DNA from: Erysipelotrichales bacterium
GTDB taxonomy: Bacteria > Bacillota_I > Bacilli_A > Erysipelotrichales > Erysipelotrichaceae
Assembly (NCBI GenBank): GCA_038323255.1
Contig: JBBQGS010000001.1
Location: 1-48,193, forward strand
Length of the DNA stretch: 48,193 nt
Direction: 5' to 3'
Shown: piece after piece, positions 1 to 8,023 of the stretch
Layout of the letters: each line of letters begins with the position of its first letter
Position numbering within the stretch: the first letter of the stretch is position 1
The notes under the pieces: generated by a model
What the model saw: only the letters and a program-made list of their open reading frames with translations
What the model was told of the DNA's origin: nothing
Database searches by the model: none
Position numbers and translations under genes: made by a program

Positions 1-234
1 GATGACCAATACTGTTTGGGTACGGCCAGTTCCGTGCGGGAGAACGATCGCTCCGCGGATCTGTTGATCGGCGTGACGAGGGTCTACGTTGAGACGGAAG
101 GAAGCGGTGACGGAGCCGTTGAATTTAACGAAATTTGTTTCACGGGTCAATGCGATTGCTTCCGTGACGGGGTATAATTTTGTACGGTCAACCAATTTGG
201 CGGCCGCAATATACTGTTTGCCTTGTTTTGCCAT
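1..234 (-). CDS. rplA: 50S ribosomal protein L1, N-terminal 78 codons (gene continues off the left edge)
   Basis: Reverse translation from the ATG at 234-232 gives [73 protein letters not shown], a canonical L1 N-terminus. AGGAGG lies 7 nt upstream. It sits directly downstream of rplK as in most bacteria. It is absent from the ORF track because it is truncated by the window edge. Confidence 0.9.
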   Translation of the reverse strand, partial: MAKQGKQYIAAAKLVDRTKLYPVTEAIALTRETNFVKFNGSVTASFRLNVDPRHADQQIRGAIVLPHGTGRTQTVLVI

Positions 235-246
235 GGTGGTTGCCTC

Positions 247-666
247 CTATTTGTACCCTTCGATGTCGATGCCCATGTTGCGGGCGGTACCGGCTACGAT
301 AGCCATGGCGCCTTCAACATCGTTGGCGTTGAGGTCGGGCATTTTGTACTCGGCGATCTTACGCAGGTCTTCGACGGAAATCTTCCCGACTTTGGTGGTC
401 TTGGAATTGGCGGAGCCGCTTTTTACATTGGCTGCCTTTTTCAACATGACCGAGGCCGGAGTTGTCTTTAAAATGAATGTAAACGATTTGTCATCATACG
501 CCGTAATGATTACCGGTACGATGTCGCCCATGCGATCCCTCGTCGCGTCGTTGAACGCAGCGCAGAATTGCGGCATGTTGACGCTGGCGGATGCCAGGGC
601 CGGACCGGGACGTGCGCCGCCGGCGGCGAACTGAAGTTTAACTACTTTCGCAATTTTCTTAGCCAC
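247..666 (-). CDS. rplK: 50S ribosomal protein L11
   Basis: ORF 247..753 contains VAKKIAKVVKLQFAAGGARPGPALASASVNMPQFCAAFNDATRDRMGDIVPVIITAY, which is L11. The GTG at 666-664 is preceded by AAAGGAGGAA. The 29 codons upstream in the track ORF are not L11-like. Confidence 0.92.
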   Translation of the reverse strand: MAKKIAKVVKLQFAAGGARPGPALASASVNMPQFCAAFNDATRDRMGDIVPVIITAYDDKSFTFILKTTPASVMLKKAANVKSGSANSKTTKVGKISVEDLRKIAEYKMPDLNANDVEGAMAIVAGTARNMGIDIEGYK

Positions 667-755
667 AGAGATTCCTCCTTTGGAATTTTGTAGTCGTGGT
701 TGATCGGATGATTGCCCATCCTCCCACGCTAGAAGTGCCGTAAATCGGCTCACAT
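667..755 (-). promoter_or_regulatory. About 85-nt 5' leader of rplK-rplA with two short stem-loops (possible L1 autoregulatory leader)
   Basis: The minus strand after the -10 box reads GAGCCGATTTACGGCAC (GCCG/CGGC stem), then GGGAGGATGGGCAATCATCC (GGATG/CATCC stem), then AAAGGAGG. L1 feedback on the L11-operon leader is established in E. coli. Its presence here is inference. Confidence 0.3.
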
Positions 756-784
756 ATTATAGGATAGAAACTTGTTTGTGTCAA
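756..784 (-). promoter_or_regulatory. Consensus sigma-A promoter of rplK-rplA (TTGACA-17-TATAAT)
   Basis: The minus strand reads TTGACA (784-779), a 17-nt spacer caaacaagtttctatcc, then TATAAT (761-756). The -35 box directly abuts the adhesin stop codon (787-785). Confidence 0.65.
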
Positions 785-3700
785 TTAAGCTTTTTTTGCT
801 CTTAAGCGCAGTAATATTCCCAAGAAAACAAACAACGCGCCGACTAAGTAGACCGGGGTGTCCGTTCCAAGGCCGGTGTTCGGCAGATCTGGTTTAACCA
901 CGATTTTATTGATTACTTGAAGTGCGCCGGTGCGGGTTTCCATCGATAGAACGATGGGTTGCGGCAGAACGACCGTATATGCATCCGCATTGATCTCTTC
1001 CAGACGATATTCACCTAAAAGCAGATTATCCAGTTGAAGAGAAACTCCGTTGATGACACTGAGTATCGTTCCATCAGGATAACTGGGACCAATTAGGCGC
1101 ACAGTAAATGTATATGGTGTACTCACTTCGATTGCGTCTTTATCCAATAAAGTCTTTAGGATCGTTAATGTTCCTCGTACTTCTTGGTTGATAAGTGTGA
1201 GTGATTGCGTTTGATTCTCAACGCTGAGGGTCGCAACTGCAGGTAAGGTAACATCATAGTTGCCGATATTGGTTTCCACGATAGAGTAATCACCTAGAAT
1301 CAGATCGGTAAGGATCATGCTGACGCCAGGCACCACAAGGAAGAGCTCTCCATTGGGATAACTCGGACCGGTAACTACGATTGAGAATTCTTGGGTAGAC
1401 TGAATGATTTCATTGGCAAAGTTGCGTAACTCCTTGTTGATGGTTAGGCTGCCTGTGATCGGATCGTTGAATTGTTCTACACCTCGAACACTGGCGGTCG
1501 TAGTTAACCGAACCTTAATAGGGGTTGCATCAACTAAATAGCCATATGTAGGTGTGAGTTCAATGATGGTGTAGGTTTTCATTCCAAGATTCGAGAAAGT
1601 CGCAACCCCAAGGTTGTTAGTAGTCGCTTCGGCGACTAGGTTGCCGAAACTGTTATATAGACCATATGTGGTCCCTTGCAAATGTAGTGTTGGGTCTGCC
1701 GAAGATGTTTTCGTAACGTTGATTTGACCAATCGTTCCACCCCCGCCTCCGGAAACGCCGTCTTCCGCAACAACGACGGAGATTAACTGCGAGCCGATAT
1801 TGTGCGTCGTGCCCGATCCATTGAGGGTAATGGAATTATTAACTTGAATTCGCGGGATTGTTACATCCGTAGTGAACTCCAACCGATACGGCAGATCCGT
1901 TGCGCCTGGAATCTGGAAAGTGAAAACACGCGTGATCGCATCATATGCGACAACATAGGTGGACGGGTCAAGCGGAGTGCTGCCTTTGGTTAATGTTCCG
2001 TCGGCGTTTAGCGTCATGGCGTAGAGATTGATTGAAGTGGTATCCAACGAAAGTCCAACCTGGAGGGCATCGATCAATTCAATGTTCGTTAAACGAGCAC
2101 GATTCGGATTGATCGTTACACCCCATTGAATATAGTCCGATCCGGTGACATAATCACCGCTCTTGGTTACGATGGCGTTACGGATGAGTTGCGATACACT
2201 GGCGGTAAGATTCGGGATTTCATCGCTAACATAGGTGACCCGATTCGTAAAGGTCATGTCCCCATTAGCGAGGAACATCCCTTCCTTCAATTCGGTTTGG
2301 AATGTCAGGATGACTTGGTTGGCAAGCGGCTGATCAAACGAAAGTGTAAAGGAATCTTGTAATGTCAGTTCATTGTCTGCCTGCACGATGGTTGCTAACT
2401 GATAGGTGTCACTCGTGGTCGACGTGAACGTTGCGGGCAAAAGCTTTAGGCCTGCCGGAAGGATGTCGCTGAGCACAACGTTGGTCTGTTGAAGCTGATT
2501 GCGGTTAACGACCAAGCGCCATGTAATTCTTCTGGTTTGATAATTATATGTAGAGACAATGTCTTTCGCGATCATCTGACTCGCCACGACTTTCCCTGCT
2601 GTCGAGGATTGGACGGTATCACGGATACCATCTCCGTGCAGGTAAGCGGTATTGTTTAGAGTGACATTTCCGTTGGTATATAGAGCGTTAAATTTGATTA
2701 GTTTGGTGCGGAATGTAAGTGTGACGGTAGTGGTCAAAGGATCTGCGAAAACATATTCTAACGAGCCGGATTTCGTTAAATCAAGCGGAGCTGCCGGCGT
2801 ATAAGTGAAACTCCCGTTGATGCCTACCGTTGTCACAGCGAAAGAACCGGCGATATATTCCATCGTCGAGGGGATGTCATCCGCAAAACGTGCATTGTTA
2901 ATCGTTATTTTATTACTGTTGAGCGTAATCGTCCATGTTTGGATATTGTTGGTTAAGAGATTAAAACTCTGGTTATTTCCTGATACAGATTTACTAATGA
3001 TGCCTCCGCCGACTATAACCCCGACTCCCGCCGTGCCGCTGGGAATCCCGGATGTATTGGTCGCCCAACTCATGGTTGCGCTGTTGGTAAAGGTAGTCGC
3101 ACTGTTGGTATTGTAGATCGTTAAATCGGTTACCCTGGCATCAAACTCCAAGGCATATGTGTCGGAAATTGGACCGTCAAAGAGATAACGGATAAGCGTT
3201 TTGTTGTCAGATTGAACGGTCGCAGTATAGAAACCAGCTGTCTCAACTGCCGCTAAACTTATCAGTGTGCGAGTATTGTCAGGGGCGCGCAGATAGAAAG
3301 TTCCATCAACCGGAGTTAATCCAGCCGGCAGAAGATCATTAATCCATGCACCATCGAGGGTGAGTTTAAAGTTATTGACTCTGACTGACCAGTGAATCAG
3401 CTGTTTATCGACCGCATCCAAGCTTCCTGTTTTCGTGATGAAATTTGTTTGCACCGCTGCGCTGGATTCCGCAAGTTGCGTTCCGCTTCTGAAAACGCGG
3501 GCGATGTTATTAAAACTCAGCATCTCGGTCGCTCCGTTTTCCGCGTTAAATGCGGTAGCAGTCGGAGCTGTCTGATAGGTCAGCGTCTGCTGCGTTTCAA
3601 TCATAGACGGGAACGTGTAACTTACAGTTCGCGTTGCGACATTGAGGCTTGGTGTTACGGCTAATCCGTTTTTCGTCATCGATCCGACAACAAACGTCTG

Positions 3701-4408
3701 ATTGGAACTAAAAATATCATCCACCGTGATTCCGGATGTGCGTCCGGCCGGGGTTACAAGGATGGTCCAGGTAATCCGGTTTGTCGCGGGATTATAGACA
3801 CCTGATTTCGCAACCGCCACTGCCACATTCGGTTCTACGGGAAGGGCTATCCCAATCGAAATGATTTCTCCCGCAAACAGAAGACTGATGGGTTGATTGG
3901 TCGTGTTGCCGAGCGTTGACTCGCTAAAGACACCATTAATTTCAAACCAACCGAACATCCCAGAGTGGGTTTCGACATAGTTTGTGAATGTGATTGTTGC
4001 CAACCCGTTGATGTCGACTGTTAAAACGCCCAACACTTCCCCATTTAAATCAAGGAGTTGCTTCCCTGCCAAAGGTACGGCATAGGTTAGTTCTGCCGGC
4101 AATTGAATGCGATATACATCCCCTGCGAGGTACGCATAGGGCGCAGCTGTGACCGGATTCTCATCCAGCAAATTGAATTCATAACGGATGAAGAGACTTG
4201 CATCGCGTGGAACATTCGTATAAACACCGGCTCCGTCAGGCGAGATCAAGATACCGTCGGCATCTTTAATTTGCAAAACGGAGTTCACTACTTCAATTTG
4301 GTTGGTTACATCATTGCCTGGATCGGCAAACACCCGATTAACCGAAGTAGGTATAAACATTTGGAGCAGCAAGAATGCCGTGGACAGAAATACGATTGCC
4401 TTTTTCAT
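785..4408 (-). CDS. LPXTG-anchored surface adhesin, 1207 aa: five collagen-binding-like modules, one SpaA/Cna-B-like domain and two tandem C-terminal domains
   Basis: Signal peptide MKKAIVFLSTAFLLLQMFIPTSVNRVFA. C-terminal sorting signal is LPNTG (nt 886-872), then the hydrophobic stretch LVGALFVFLGILL, then the RLRAKKA tail. An I/T-x-W-x-V/I-x-V/I-N signature recurs five times. RBS GAGGA precedes the ATG at 4408-4406. Confidence 0.9.
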   Translation of the reverse strand: MKKAIVFLSTAFLLLQMFIPTSVNRVFADPGNDVTNQIEVVNSVLQIKDADGILISPDGAGVYTNVPRDASLFIRYEFNLLDENPVTAAPYAYLAGDVYRIQLPAELTYAVPLAGKQLLDLNGEVLGVLTVDINGLATITFTNYVETHSGMFGWFEINGVFSESTLGNTTNQPISLLFAGEIISIGIALPVEPNVAVAVAKSGVYNPATNRITWTILVTPAGRTSGITVDDIFSSNQTFVVGSMTKNGLAVTPSLNVATRTVSYTFPSMIETQQTLTYQTAPTATAFNAENGATEMLSFNNIARVFRSGTQLAESSAAVQTNFITKTGSLDAVDKQLIHWSVRVNNFKLTLDGAWINDLLPAGLTPVDGTFYLRAPDNTRTLISLAAVETAGFYTATVQSDNKTLIRYLFDGPISDTYALEFDARVTDLTIYNTNSATTFTNSATMSWATNTSGIPSGTAGVGVIVGGGIISKSVSGNNQSFNLLTNNIQTWTITLNSNKITINNARFADDIPSTMEYIAGSFAVTTVGINGSFTYTPAAPLDLTKSGSLEYVFADPLTTTVTLTFRTKLIKFNALYTNGNVTLNNTAYLHGDGIRDTVQSSTAGKVVASQMIAKDIVSTYNYQTRRITWRLVVNRNQLQQTNVVLSDILPAGLKLLPATFTSTTSDTYQLATIVQADNELTLQDSFTLSFDQPLANQVILTFQTELKEGMFLANGDMTFTNRVTYVSDEIPNLTASVSQLIRNAIVTKSGDYVTGSDYIQWGVTINPNRARLTNIELIDALQVGLSLDTTSINLYAMTLNADGTLTKGSTPLDPSTYVVAYDAITRVFTFQIPGATDLPYRLEFTTDVTIPRIQVNNSITLNGSGTTHNIGSQLISVVVAEDGVSGGGGGTIGQINVTKTSSADPTLHLQGTTYGLYNSFGNLVAEATTNNLGVATFSNLGMKTYTIIELTPTYGYLVDATPIKVRLTTTASVRGVEQFNDPITGSLTINKELRNFANEIIQSTQEFSIVVTGPSYPNGELFLVVPGVSMILTDLILGDYSIVETNIGNYDVTLPAVATLSVENQTQSLTLINQEVRGTLTILKTLLDKDAIEVSTPYTFTVRLIGPSYPDGTILSVINGVSLQLDNLLLGEYRLEEINADAYTVVLPQPIVLSMETRTGALQVINKIVVKPDLPNTGLGTDTPVYLVGALFVFLGILLRLRAKKA
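902..1456 (-). repeat. Two tandem ~92-aa domain repeats inside the adhesin (aa 985-1077 and 1078-1169)
   Basis: Repeat 1 is TGSLTINKELRN...VVTGPSYPNGELFLVVPGVSMILTDLILGDYSIVETNIGNYDVTLP...LINQEV. Repeat 2 is RGTLTILKTLLD...RLIGPSYPDGTILSVINGVSLQLDNLLLGEYRLEEINADAYTVVLP...VINKI. They are collinear and clearly homologous by eye. Confidence 0.7.
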
Positions 4409-5094
4409 TATTTTTCCTCATACTTTGTTTGAAACATGGTGTATTTTTGCGGGTTATACGGTTCGCTCGTAGATAAATGAGCGATGATGATTCGTCTTTT
4501 TTTAGCTTGCGAATCTTCACAGGTTACAAGCGTCAACAATTTTTTTTGTCCTTGATCCTCGATGACTTCAACTTGATCCGGTAATACAACGATGATTTTA
4601 TCGACAATATAAACAAATACGTCGGTTTTATCAGTGAGGTAGATAAGCTCACCAAGGACTACCCGATGAAGCGGACTGAAGAGCGTTTCTTTCTGTCGCG
4701 AAAGATGTCCAGCCAAAGCGTAGTTTCTAACTCCCATTCGCTGGTCTTTTTTTATCGTCGTCGCCGCAACGCTGAGATTCACTTTTGTTGCCCCGGCTAA
4801 GATAGGTAAATAAAGATCGACGGTCGGAATTGCGATGTATCCAACGACATGTTCGAGGTCGACACTCGAAGCTAAGGACCAAATCGGAAGATTCCCGACA
4901 TCTACAGGTTCACTTTCTATATCTTTTTGAATGTTTGTTTGGATCGATGCTGCATCCAATGAATCAGCAGAAACGGATGCGCGTTTCAACATCTCGGGTT
5001 GAAGAATATCCGACAAAATAAATTGTCCAATAAACAGAGACAATCCGATAAGAATTAAAAGTGTTGATAGAATTCGTTTACTGAACATGATCAT
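4408..5094 (-). CDS. Sortase, class A-like, with an N-terminal membrane anchor
   Basis: N-terminal TM segment ILSTLLILIGLSLFIGQFIL, catalytic His in YALAGH, catalytic Cys in LTLVTC, conserved Arg in KKRRIIIAHL. Its stop TAA (4410-4408) overlaps the adhesin ATG (TAATG). The start may instead be the third codon (ATG at 5088), which has better spacing from GGAG. Confidence 0.88.
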   Translation of the reverse strand: MIMFSKRILSTLLILIGLSLFIGQFILSDILQPEMLKRASVSADSLDAASIQTNIQKDIESEPVDVGNLPIWSLASSVDLEHVVGYIAIPTVDLYLPILAGATKVNLSVAATTIKKDQRMGVRNYALAGHLSRQKETLFSPLHRVVLGELIYLTDKTDVFVYIVDKIIVVLPDQVEVIEDQGQKKLLTLVTCEDSQAKKRRIIIAHLSTSEPYNPQKYTMFQTKYEEK

Positions 5095-5300
5095 TCTCCG
5101 AGTTACTTGTAAGCCCGTATCTATAACGCAATGATTGTTGAAATCAAAATTTTAGTTTTTTCGAATATTTTGGGCTAACTTATTCAATTGCTTCACTACC
5201 CTAACAAAAAGGATGATAGGTGTCAATGATTATGCGTAACATAGTGAGAACAAGGACCTGTTTTCTTTCTATTTCCAAGCATCTGGAATTTATCCGATAG

Positions 5301-5328
5301 AACATAAGAAAAGAGCGCTGATTGCTCT
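5301..5328 (-). terminator. Weak hairpin plus T-rich run immediately after nusG
   Basis: The minus strand reads AGAGC-AATCAGC-GCTCT followed by TTTCTTATGTT. The stem is only 5 bp, so at best this is a leaky terminator. Confidence 0.3.
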
Positions 5329-5877
5329 CTAACTTTCAATTTTTTCGAGGTCGATGTAGGCGATCTCCGTCGGTGTTTCACGGCCGAACAGAATGGTCAG
5401 CACGATGGCATTTTGCGCATCGTCATGCATGGCATCGATCGTTCCTTGGATTCCGCTGAAGGGTCCGTTGAGGATCTTGACGCGATCGTGCACTTTGAAG
5501 TTGACGACGATCTTGCGGTCGCTGAGTCCCATCCGGCGTAAGATCGAATCGATTTCGTCGGGAGATACAGGGAACGGTTTAGCACCGCCGCCTGACGATC
5601 CGATGAATCCGGTGACGCCCGGCGTATTACGTACGATATACCACGCTTCGTCGGTCATGATCATTTCCACGAATACATAACCGGGAAATAGGTTACGCAT
5701 CTTTTCGACTTTTTTATTGGCCTTGATTTCAATTTCAGGTTCTTCCGCTACCAAGATACGGAAAAGGTTGTTTTCGATTCCCATGGTTTCGATACGGCGC
5801 TGAAGATTTTCCTTAACGCGGTTTTCATGTCCGGCGTAGGTATTGACGACATACCACTCTTTTCTGATTTCTTCCAT
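5329..5877 (-). CDS. nusG: Transcription termination/antitermination factor NusG
   Basis: WYVVNTYAGHENRVKENL and FPGYVFVEM..TPGVTGFIG (NGN domain), with a KOW region VKILNGPFSGIQGTI. Conserved position after secE. Confidence 0.95.
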   Translation of the reverse strand: MEEIRKEWYVVNTYAGHENRVKENLQRRIETMGIENNLFRILVAEEPEIEIKANKKVEKMRNLFPGYVFVEMIMTDEAWYIVRNTPGVTGFIGSSGGGAKPFPVSPDEIDSILRRMGLSDRKIVVNFKVHDRVKILNGPFSGIQGTIDAMHDDAQNAIVLTILFGRETPTEIAYIDLEKIES

Positions 5878-5878
5878 T

Positions 5879-6064
5879 TTACGCCCCTATCCCGAGTAAC
5901 CGTAAGAAAGCTGCGACGGCGATTTCGCAAATAACGAAATACACGCCGAACACAAACGTGAAAGTGATGACTGTGATACTATCAGCCACCATTTCTTTTT
6001 GCTTGGGCCAACGGACGCGCTTGACTTCGGTCAAGATGCCCGGAATACTGAACCATTTTAACAT
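5879..6064 (-). CDS. secE: Preprotein translocase subunit SecE
   Basis: A 61-aa protein with EVKRVRWPKQKE followed by a single TM helix. RBS GGAGGAA. Located between rpmG and nusG. Confidence 0.85.
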   Translation of the reverse strand: MLKWFSIPGILTEVKRVRWPKQKEMVADSITVITFTFVFGVYFVICEIAVAAFLRLLGIGA

Positions 6065-6075
6065 GCCGGTTCCTC

Positions 6076-6234
6076 CTACTTCGTTTCTTTATGTAACGTG
6101 TGTTCGTTGCATTTTTTACAGAATTTCATCAATTGCAGGCGTTCTGTCGCATTCTTCTTATTACGTCTTGTTGAATAATTACGCGATAGACAGACCGTGC
6201 AGGTCAAGATGACTCGTTCACTTTTATCAGCCAA
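6076..6234 (-). CDS. rpmG: 50S ribosomal protein L33 (52 aa, TTG start; below the ORF-track length cutoff)
   Basis: Hand translation gives (M)ADKSERVILTCTVCLSRNYSTRRNKKNATERLQLMKFCKKCNEHTLHKETK, with the L33 CxxC..CxxC pattern and KET K end. The SD AGGTGA lies 5 nt before the TTG at 6234-6232. The stop TAG (6078-6076) overlaps the secE RBS. Confidence 0.8.
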   Translation of the reverse strand: MADKSERVILTCTVCLSRNYSTRRNKKNATERLQLMKFCKKCNEHTLHKETK

Positions 6235-6284
6235 CTCGATCACCTGCTTTCATTTGCCATATTACTTTATCATAACGACCACTC

Positions 6285-6893
6285 TTAGTCAAACATCGTC
6301 GCCAGTTTCTTGCGTATTCTCTGCAGGGAGTTATCGACGGTCTTATCGCTGATCTTCATCATCGCGGCGATTTCCTTGTAACTGTAGCCTTCGCTGTGAC
6401 GCTGAAAGATAAACCAGCCGTCTTCGCCGATCTCTTCTTTGATTTTGTCGGTATGTGAAAGGTAGTAATTCAGAGTAGCCATATGGGTTGGATCATATTG
6501 GATATCGGTGTTGGCGATGGTATCCATCAGTAAGACGTTTTCGTCTTCCGATACGCTCATCGAGAGGGATAAGGAATGCGAAAGCAACGAATAGGAAGAA
6601 CTGCGGTAGCGTCGTAAGAGAGAACGGACTTCGCGTTCGATGCAGACGCGTGCGAAATGTCCGAAACTTGCACCTTGGTCTTCACGGAAGTGATGGACGC
6701 TTTCAAGTAATGCGATGCAGCCTTCCTGAAAAAGGTCTTCCAGCGACGATTGATGGGCGCTGGAGGGTTGACAGGAATGGATGATCGCCCAGATGGTGCG
6801 TTGATATTTCTTGAGTACCGCGGTTTCGCTCCACTCATCTTTTTGGCGCAGATAATAGACTAATTCGTCATCATGCGGAAACGTAGTCTGCAT
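6285..6893 (-). CDS. sigH: Sigma-70 family sigma factor, SigH-like by position
   Basis: Region 2 is FQEGCIALLESVHHFREDQGASFGHFARVCIEREVRS and region 4 HTH is GYSYKEIAAMMKISDKTVDNSLQRIRKKL. It occupies the sigH slot between rlmB and rpmG-secE-nusG, as in B. subtilis. Confidence 0.75.
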   Translation of the reverse strand: MQTTFPHDDELVYYLRQKDEWSETAVLKKYQRTIWAIIHSCQPSSAHQSSLEDLFQEGCIALLESVHHFREDQGASFGHFARVCIEREVRSLLRRYRSSSYSLLSHSLSLSMSVSEDENVLLMDTIANTDIQYDPTHMATLNYYLSHTDKIKEEIGEDGWFIFQRHSEGYSYKEIAAMMKISDKTVDNSLQRIRKKLATMFD

Positions 6894-6912
6894 ACAGATT
6901 TCCCCCTAGAGA

Positions 6913-7635
6913 TCATTTCATTGGAAAACGTTGGTTCAACACTTCATAAAATAAGATGCCTGCGGCCACCGAGGCATTCAGCGACTGAACGCTTCCGTGC
7001 ATCGGAAGGCTGACGACGAAATCGCAGTTTTCCCTAACCAATCGTGAAATACCAGAACCTTCGGATCCGATCACCAAGGCGATCTTCCCTTTATAGTTGA
7101 CGGTGCGATAATCGACCGCGCCTTTCCCGATATCCGTACCATAAATCCAAAAGCCAAGTTTCTTAAGGTCTTTGATCGTCTGGTTGAGATTGGTGACTTC
7201 GGCTGTCTTGACCGTATCGATCGCGCCGGTGGATACTTTGGCGACGGTCGGCGTCAAACTGACGCTGCGGTGTTTGGGCAAGATGATCCCATCGATGCCG
7301 GCGGCATCTGCGCTACGCAGGATCGCTCCTAGATTGTGCGGATCTTCCAATCCGTCCAACAAGACAAGGATGGCATCTTCTTTCGCGCTATGCAGGATGT
7401 CCTCGAGGGTGTAGGTTTTAAAATCATCGATTTCAATAAGTGCCCCTTGATGGTTGCCTTGCGCCAACTGGTCCATTTTTTTCGCGTCCGCATATTCGAT
7501 GGGGATATGCTGACGTAGTGCCAGTTCTTCCCCTTCTTTCCATGGATTCGATTTACTCAGGATCAGTTTGTTGGCCCCTGTCTTTGATTGAAGCATCTGC
7601 TTGACTGTGTTCTTCCCGTAGATATATTGTGCCAT
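6913..7635 (-). CDS. rlmB: 23S rRNA (guanosine-2'-O)-methyltransferase, RlmB/TrmH (SpoU) family
   Basis: MAQYIYGKNTVKQML.., DGLEDPHNLGAILRSADAAG, ALVIGSEGSGISRLV and LPMHGSVQSLNASVAAGILFYE. The ATG at 7635-7633 follows AGGAGG. The 101 upstream codons of track ORF 6913..7938 overlap mrnC and are not methyltransferase-like. Confidence 0.85.
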   Translation of the reverse strand: MAQYIYGKNTVKQMLQSKTGANKLILSKSNPWKEGEELALRQHIPIEYADAKKMDQLAQGNHQGALIEIDDFKTYTLEDILHSAKEDAILVLLDGLEDPHNLGAILRSADAAGIDGIILPKHRSVSLTPTVAKVSTGAIDTVKTAEVTNLNQTIKDLKKLGFWIYGTDIGKGAVDYRTVNYKGKIALVIGSEGSGISRLVRENCDFVVSLPMHGSVQSLNASVAAGILFYEVLNQRFPMK

Positions 7636-8023
7636 AATCCTCCTGTACGCTGGTTTGCATTTGGTTCCAGATTTGTTCCAAGCGGTCATTGCGACCGGTA
7701 AGATACCAATATCCCCACAACGCTTCGTATCCGGTTGCGCTGCGATAGGTGGTGACGTCAGTGTTTTTGGGGACGCTGTCGCTTTTGAAATTGCGGCCGC
7801 GCTTGTAGATGCGTAGTTCTGTTTCATCCAATTGTTTGCCATCCAAAAGTTCGCGCACGAATTTCGCCTGCGCTTTGGCGCTGACATAATTGACGGTACG
7901 CTCTTGCAGGTCTTTCGGTTTCGTATATCCCTGTTCAACCAACAAGGTACGGACTTTCAGACTCAGAATGGCGTCTCCCATAAAAGCCAAGACGGAGCCG
8001 TTGAGTTCTTCAGGACGCTTCAT
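7553..8023 (-). CDS. mrnC: Mini-ribonuclease 3 (Mini-III)
   Basis: LAFMGDAILSLKVR, YKRGRN and ATGYEALWGYWYL are RNase III-like catalytic signatures. It occupies the yazC/mrnC position between cysS and rlmB. The start overlaps the cysS stop, and the 3' end overlaps rlmB by 83 nt. Confidence 0.85.
   Translation of the reverse strand: MKRPEELNGSVLAFMGDAILSLKVRTLLVEQGYTKPKDLQERTVNYVSAKAQAKFVRELLDGKQLDETELRIYKRGRNFKSDSVPKNTDVTTYRSATGYEALWGYWYLTGRNDRLEQIWNQMQTSVQEDYGTIYLREEHSQADASIKDRGQQTDPE

Noticed and set aside
89-634. 181-aa plus-strand ORF (and 223..471) opposite rplK/rplA
   Set aside because: It is antisense to two unmistakable ribosomal protein genes. It has low-complexity Ala/Ser/Leu-rich composition, no SD and no recognisable motif. 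It is a shadow ORF.
5288-5302. Similarity between TTCTATCGGATAAAT (after nusG) and TTCTATCCTATAAT (rplK promoter spacer/-10, 756-769), considered as a possible target-site duplication flanking the sortase-adhesin insertion
   Set aside because: Only a 7-mer plus 4 scattered matches are shared. Chance occurrence of a shared 7-mer between two 50-nt AT-rich segments is not negligible, so I cannot support it without comparative data.
7636-7938. 101-codon N-terminal extension of the rlmB ORF as listed in the track (6913..7938)
   Set aside because: The extension overlaps the Mini-III gene in another frame, is Arg/Ser/Ala-rich and is not methyltransferase-like. The conserved RlmB N-terminus begins at the ATG at 7635, which has an AGGAGG.
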